From contig NW_026782241.1 in assembly GCF_031769215.1 (NCBI RefSeq), positions 930,001-994,000 on the forward strand: a DNA stretch of 64,000 bases, in the 5' to 3' direction. The notes beneath the pieces were generated by a model. The model was not told the DNA's origin. It saw only the letters and a list, made by a program, of their open reading frames with translations, and searched no databases. Positions 59,101 through 64,000 of the stretch are shown here, one piece after another. This DNA comes from Ylistrum balloti (Eukaryota). Within the stretch, counting starts at the first letter, position 1. Each line of letters opens with the position of its first letter. The translations under genes and the position numbers were made by a program.

Positions 59101-59903
59101 TTTACATTATTCTGGGCGTAAATAGATTGTGCAATTTAGTTAACCATAAACTTGACTGTTGAGAAAATTGTCAATATTGTTTCGGTAACTTGTCTGTTTA
59201 TTTAATACATAAGTTCGTACACATTATACATAGTTTATTCCCTTTTACGGCGAGATGTTTGAGAAATCATAGCTACATATCACTATTTAATTTCCTAATT
59301 TCTTAAAGATAAAATATAAATATATTTGAAAACAACTTAGTAGTTCAAACAAATGCAGTATCATGGTCATGCATGTTACATAAGATAATGTTTTATAAAT
59401 AGTCCTTTGACATGAAATACATGAAATATGTTACTAGTGTAAAATTTTTCATTGGTGTGCCGGTCAGAAATTCAATGTGATGACATAATATGAACTTAAA
59501 ATGAAGCAACGAAATAGCTGCCTCCGTTTATTTTTTGTTATAGACACTTTGACCTTTACACTTGTCCACATGTAGTTTTTCGGAGTTACTAGTAGTATCT
59601 TCAGTTCGTTTTCATTACTAGATATTATGAAACTCGTCTCGATGTTGTAATCTTTGCTCGCTAAGACTCGCGAAAAAAAATCCTTCTAATACTAGTTTCA
59701 TCAAATCTCATTCAATATCCTATATATATTTATCGGAAGACAACAGATATATCAATCCCTGATCGCGCCTCAAAGAACCAATACATTACATATCCACGAT
59801 ATCGCGGTAAATGCCAATGATTATTATATATCACTGATTCCTCCTCGCATCCAAACTTTATAGGTACATCATTTGATGATTGTTTGTTTACTCTTTTTGA
59901 CAG

Positions 59904-60875
59904 ATGGCGTTTTTTAAGCAGTGCCACGTTGGTGTTAAGTTCCTCTTGTTAGTGACAGGTAAGTCATTTCGACCGCACTTTTTACTTGTACTGATTTGTT
60001 TCTACTTCATTACCCTGGCAAGTTACCAAAAATCAAAATTCCCACTTGAAATGTCTGATATCAGTTTCTTTTTTATATATTTAATGTAATTATTTATTCT
60101 TTTATTTTTGATTTATTAATGGGACTCGCATTGAAGAATTTCGAAATTACTTCATATTGTTTGTTGTATTAATAAGTCCAGAATTAATAGGTTACGCCAC
60201 TTGGGCGTCATTGACAACGCCCACGATAACAGAACAGCTCCAAAATAATTCAGTTAACTATTTGTATTACTTGCTGTAAATAAATCCCATGAAGCATTGG
60301 AGCATGATACGTTATATGCATTTTCACATTTTAAACAGTGGTAAAATACCATTTAAGAATGGAAACGAATATCGCGCAAGATCATTTAACACTTAATACA
60401 GTATTCAAAAGACCGCATATGCATACCAAATCACCATGCACAGTATCTATGAATACAAACACTGAGTGAGGTAGGCATCAACTAGATACTCTTCAACGGA
60501 ATTGCAAATATTTCTTTATGAAATAAAATGTGTAAAAAGGTTAGTGCCCGGTTTGCCTCTTATTTTTGTGTAATCCACCATGTTTTTTTTTGTTCTAATC
60601 TAATTAGCATTGTGATATAGATAGTAAAATGATATCTTTATGATTTTAGGAACGTTGTTTTTGATGTTTACACAATCATCTATGAGGATACCCGTTATAG
60701 ATCAAATGTATTGATAATCATTGACAGCACTCTCCACTTTTCCTGCGACAGAGTGACAAGCAATTAACTGTCAATCCTTTATATACTACTATGCTACCTT
60801 ACTCCAATAAAAACACAACCATCATATGCATGTGAGCCGAGCGGACGATAGAGCCGGCATTTAATGTCATATTCT

Positions 60876-60909
<34 letters not shown>

Positions 60910-62758
60910 TCCCTTACTCACTCACTAGCCTCTCGCTACCCTAATTCTACCATTGTATAACAAGCCTTAGGAGAACCAAGCGAGCCACCCAACCTCAAAA
61001 CCGTTATACGGGATGAGAGGAGGTGCACCAGCGCAAACTGCTTCAGGCTCCCGAAATAATGCTGGGATTTCAATTGTTCATTCATTTTAAGCACTTGCAT
61101 TTTAATGGTCTACAATGGTATTTCTACCGGTCGTTAGATACTTTCACACTTTATTTTTCTTAAATACCTTTACTGAAAAGCGAAAATATGTAAATTATAT
61201 ATTCTATACTATATATAAGTGCATTGTATACGTTTTCACCCGAACCCTGAAACTATAGCAGTCAACGCTTTGAAAGTCCGCGGCTAGAATGAATACCCGA
61301 TATACCCCTCACGTGCGCGTCGGTACCCTAGTACTCCACGTGGCACGCCAATCAGTCTCCTGATTGGTCAGATACTATACACTGCCTTGCACGCCTTGCG
61401 TACATATGTACGTGACCGAAACTATAGGATAGCAAATTTCTGCTATTCTCCGAAACGCGGAAATTTTTGAATTATTATAAGGAGTGCAGAATGTGTGCAA
61501 AACCTGCTCTATATTTGGAATAAAAACGGAATTAAACATGGATTTCCATTTCGCTATCAGACTTTCGAAACTCGTCCCGAATGCTTTTATTCTTTTCTCT
61601 TTGTTTTTCTTTTAAAAAGAAAAGAAATCGCTGTCATCGAATATTTACATTCACATTCCAATATCACAGTGTAAATTAAGTGGAAACTAGAATAAGTGTG
61701 ATTTAACTACGGGAGGTAATATCCAACACGTAAGCATTACATCGCAAGCAAGCAGTATGATGATCGTACGCCTAATTCTGTCAGATATAACAATCCTCTG
61801 AGTCATATCACGACAGTTCAATACTTAAATACTCTTGAAAATGTTCTTTCGTGGGTTTCATTATCCCTACATACTGCAAATATTCTTTGGATGGATTGTG
61901 AATATAGTCATATCTTAAATATAAACATTCAATTGTAGAACCCACGTCCGAAATAATACCATTATTTTTGCAGTGTTAACGACATTCCAAATTCCGGCTT
62001 CGGGGACCACTACAAGTACTTTTTCAACTTCGACGAGCTATACATCTACTTCCACAACTCCGACGAGCTATACCTCTTCTTCCACAACTCCGACGAGCTA
62101 TACGTCTACTTCCACAACTCCGACGAGCTATACCTCTTCTTCCACAACTCCGACGAGCTATACATCTTCTTCCACAACTCCGACGAGCTATACATCTTCT
62201 TCCACAACTCCGACGAGCTATACATCTACTTCCACAACTCCGACGAGCTATACTTCTACTTCCACAACTCCGACGAGCTATACATCTTCTTCCACAACTC
62301 CGACGAGCTATACCTCTACTTCCACAACTCCGACGAGCTATACATCTACTTCCACAACTCCGACGACCTATACCTCTACTTCCACAACTCCAACGAGCTA
62401 TACATCTACTTCCACAACTCCGACGAGCTATACCTCTACTTCCACAACTCCGACGAGGTATACATCTACTTCCACAACTCCGTCGAGCTCTACATCTACT
62501 TCCACAACTCCGACTAGTGGTACATCTACTTCCACAACTCCGACTAGTGGTACATCTACTTCCACAACTCCGACTAGTGGTACATCTACTTCTAAAACAA
62601 AGCCGATAAGTGTTGTATCTCCTTCCATCACGACCCAAACTACACCTTCCTTTGAAAACGGTGCTTCAAAATGGAATGGAAGACTTATCACCAGCATCAT
62701 TATTCCTGCCATATCCTTGGTATTCTTATCACACAGATTGTTGTTAACAATTTCATAA
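59904..62758 (+). CDS. Secreted Ser/Thr/Tyr decapeptide-repeat mucin-like, probably GPI-anchored protein, paralog B, 279 aa; join(59904-59958, 61974-62758)
   Basis: Same two-exon phase-1 structure as paralog A; 19 x 30-bp units; near-identical hydrophobic C-terminus. Confidence 0.85.
60773..61471 (+). mobile_element. ~700-bp insertion in paralog B intron, putative non-autonomous Helitron/Helentron
   Basis: Absent from paralog A (empty site near 53670-53680); starts A|TCC, contains (TA)n at 60879-60906, ends with hairpins GATAGCAAATTTCTGCTATT and TCCGAAACGCGGA; no target-site duplication seen. Confidence 0.6.
62031..62592 (+). repeat. Coding 30-bp x 19 repeat (TSYTSTSTTP)
   Basis: Exact 30-nt period. 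Confidence 0.97.
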
Positions 62759-64000
62759 AGCCGACATCGCAGTCAAGGCATTGAGAGACAAACAACGTTG
62801 TAGATTGACGATATGACCAAAACTTTAGAAAACTTTGTTAGTATGAGCAAACCTAAGTCTATGAAGAATAGATATTGATAACCTGCGATTTCTTATTGAT
62901 CTTAACTAGGTTAATGAAGTTTCTATTCTGAAAAGAAAGTTGCCAGAAAGATAATTATCCGGACGTATGTATCAGTCTGGGATCTTGTCTTTTTATCAGC
63001 CTGTCAATTTATTATGGTTTATCGTTATTTGTGAAACGTTAAGTGGATAATCATTTATTTCTTGTTGAATATCATGTATCTGATTTGCGATAAAATGTAC
63101 CGATATGTATGACCGAACGTCTCGTGAAAAAATATCTACATCATAATCATGATCATGAAATATATGTATTTAACGGAAAAAACATCTCGCATCTTGTCAG
63201 CGTGCGTCATAACCATCCGACGTCAAAGATTGTGCTGACATTTCTCGCTCTTTTATAGAAAAAGATTTATTTCCATCACTGGATCAAAGAGATTTCCATC
63301 TTTCAGACAATGATAAAAAATATATATATGTATCATATATTGTACTGAAGTTTAACACCAGATCTGGCTTTCGTTGATAACATGTTAAATGCATTGCACG
63401 ACATGTTACAGAACTAACATGTTAATTTTTTTTATTTACGTTGTTTTTGGAATGCATTGATATATGTTTTATACCCATCCGTCCATTTGACAGTATTTAA
63501 ACAAAAGATATATTTATATTTCTTCAATGTTGTGATAAAAATGTGATACATTTCGAATTGTTTCATCTAGTGTTAAATAAAACTATATATCTTGGTGTCT
63601 AAATTTGTGTCGAAAATGTTTTTTTGTAAAGGAAAGTGTTACAAACATATGGTTCTATAGATGGTCAGTAAGTGACTATCTAACTTATAATATATGTAAT
63701 GTAAAGTATAGATTAATTATCTATCCATAATAATATATCCATGCTTCAAAATTCCTAATTATAGTATCAAATCTACAGGACAGAGTCTGACACCCTATGT
63801 GTTTCTGGTTAATTCGAACTGAAATCAGTTTTGTATATTAGTTTGTTACATTTCAAGAAACATCAAGTAAATACCAACATGCCAACATAATCATAATCCA
63901 AACTCAAAGTCAACATGGGCCGTCAGAGATTGGTTATGATCCCGGAAAGGTACAAAAAAAAAAAAGAAGTATAAAAAGTTATATTTCTTGAGCGCTGCCT

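Larger units (their letters stand above)
50368..63650 (+). repeat. Tandem segmental duplication: copy 1 ~50368-55822, copy 2 ~56417-63650
   Basis: Colinear homology along the whole length, with copy-specific insertions; weaker homology extends back to ~47600 (vs 56240) and ~50062 (vs 56362). Confidence 0.93.

Noticed and set aside
62024-62638. 204-aa Arg/Ser/Cys-rich minus-strand ORF (RRSCGSRCIA)n, protamine- or metallothionein-like; similar ORFs at 54181-54470
   Set aside because: Antisense shadow of the 30-bp coding repeat. The plus strand has the signal peptide, splice sites and hydrophobic tail.

Overview
AT-rich eukaryotic genomic DNA from an intron-rich invertebrate, most likely a bivalve mollusc (inferred from the repeat families). 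It contains one assembly gap (38133-38297). Genes: (1) the 3' half of a Mi-2/CHD3-4-5 chromatin remodeller on + (16-20258), with a U12-type intron and at least two alternative last exons, only one ending in a SUMO-interaction-like motif (VICIDE*); (2) a convergent 7-exon, ~940-aa C2H2 zinc-finger gene on - (33712-24070) with 10 fingers, internal peptide repeats and a possible degenerate KH-like module; (3) a nodulin-like/Mch1-NFD4-type MFS transporter on + (41874-45246) with a 1-nt frameshift; (4) a tandem pair of small secreted, probably GPI-anchored Ser/Thr-rich decapeptide-repeat genes (52949-54516 and 59904-62758) with 4 versus 19 repeat units. Non-coding DNA holds a decayed LINE, a V-type SINE, MITEs, Helitron/Helentron-like elements and a tRNA-Thr-containing mini-LTR element (TRIM). 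The most striking unexplained pattern is that several intronic minisatellites are amplified copies of the host gene's own exon/5'-splice-site junction, in the host's sense orientation. All exon boundaries were read by eye from GT-AG signals and frame continuity; no database search was possible.
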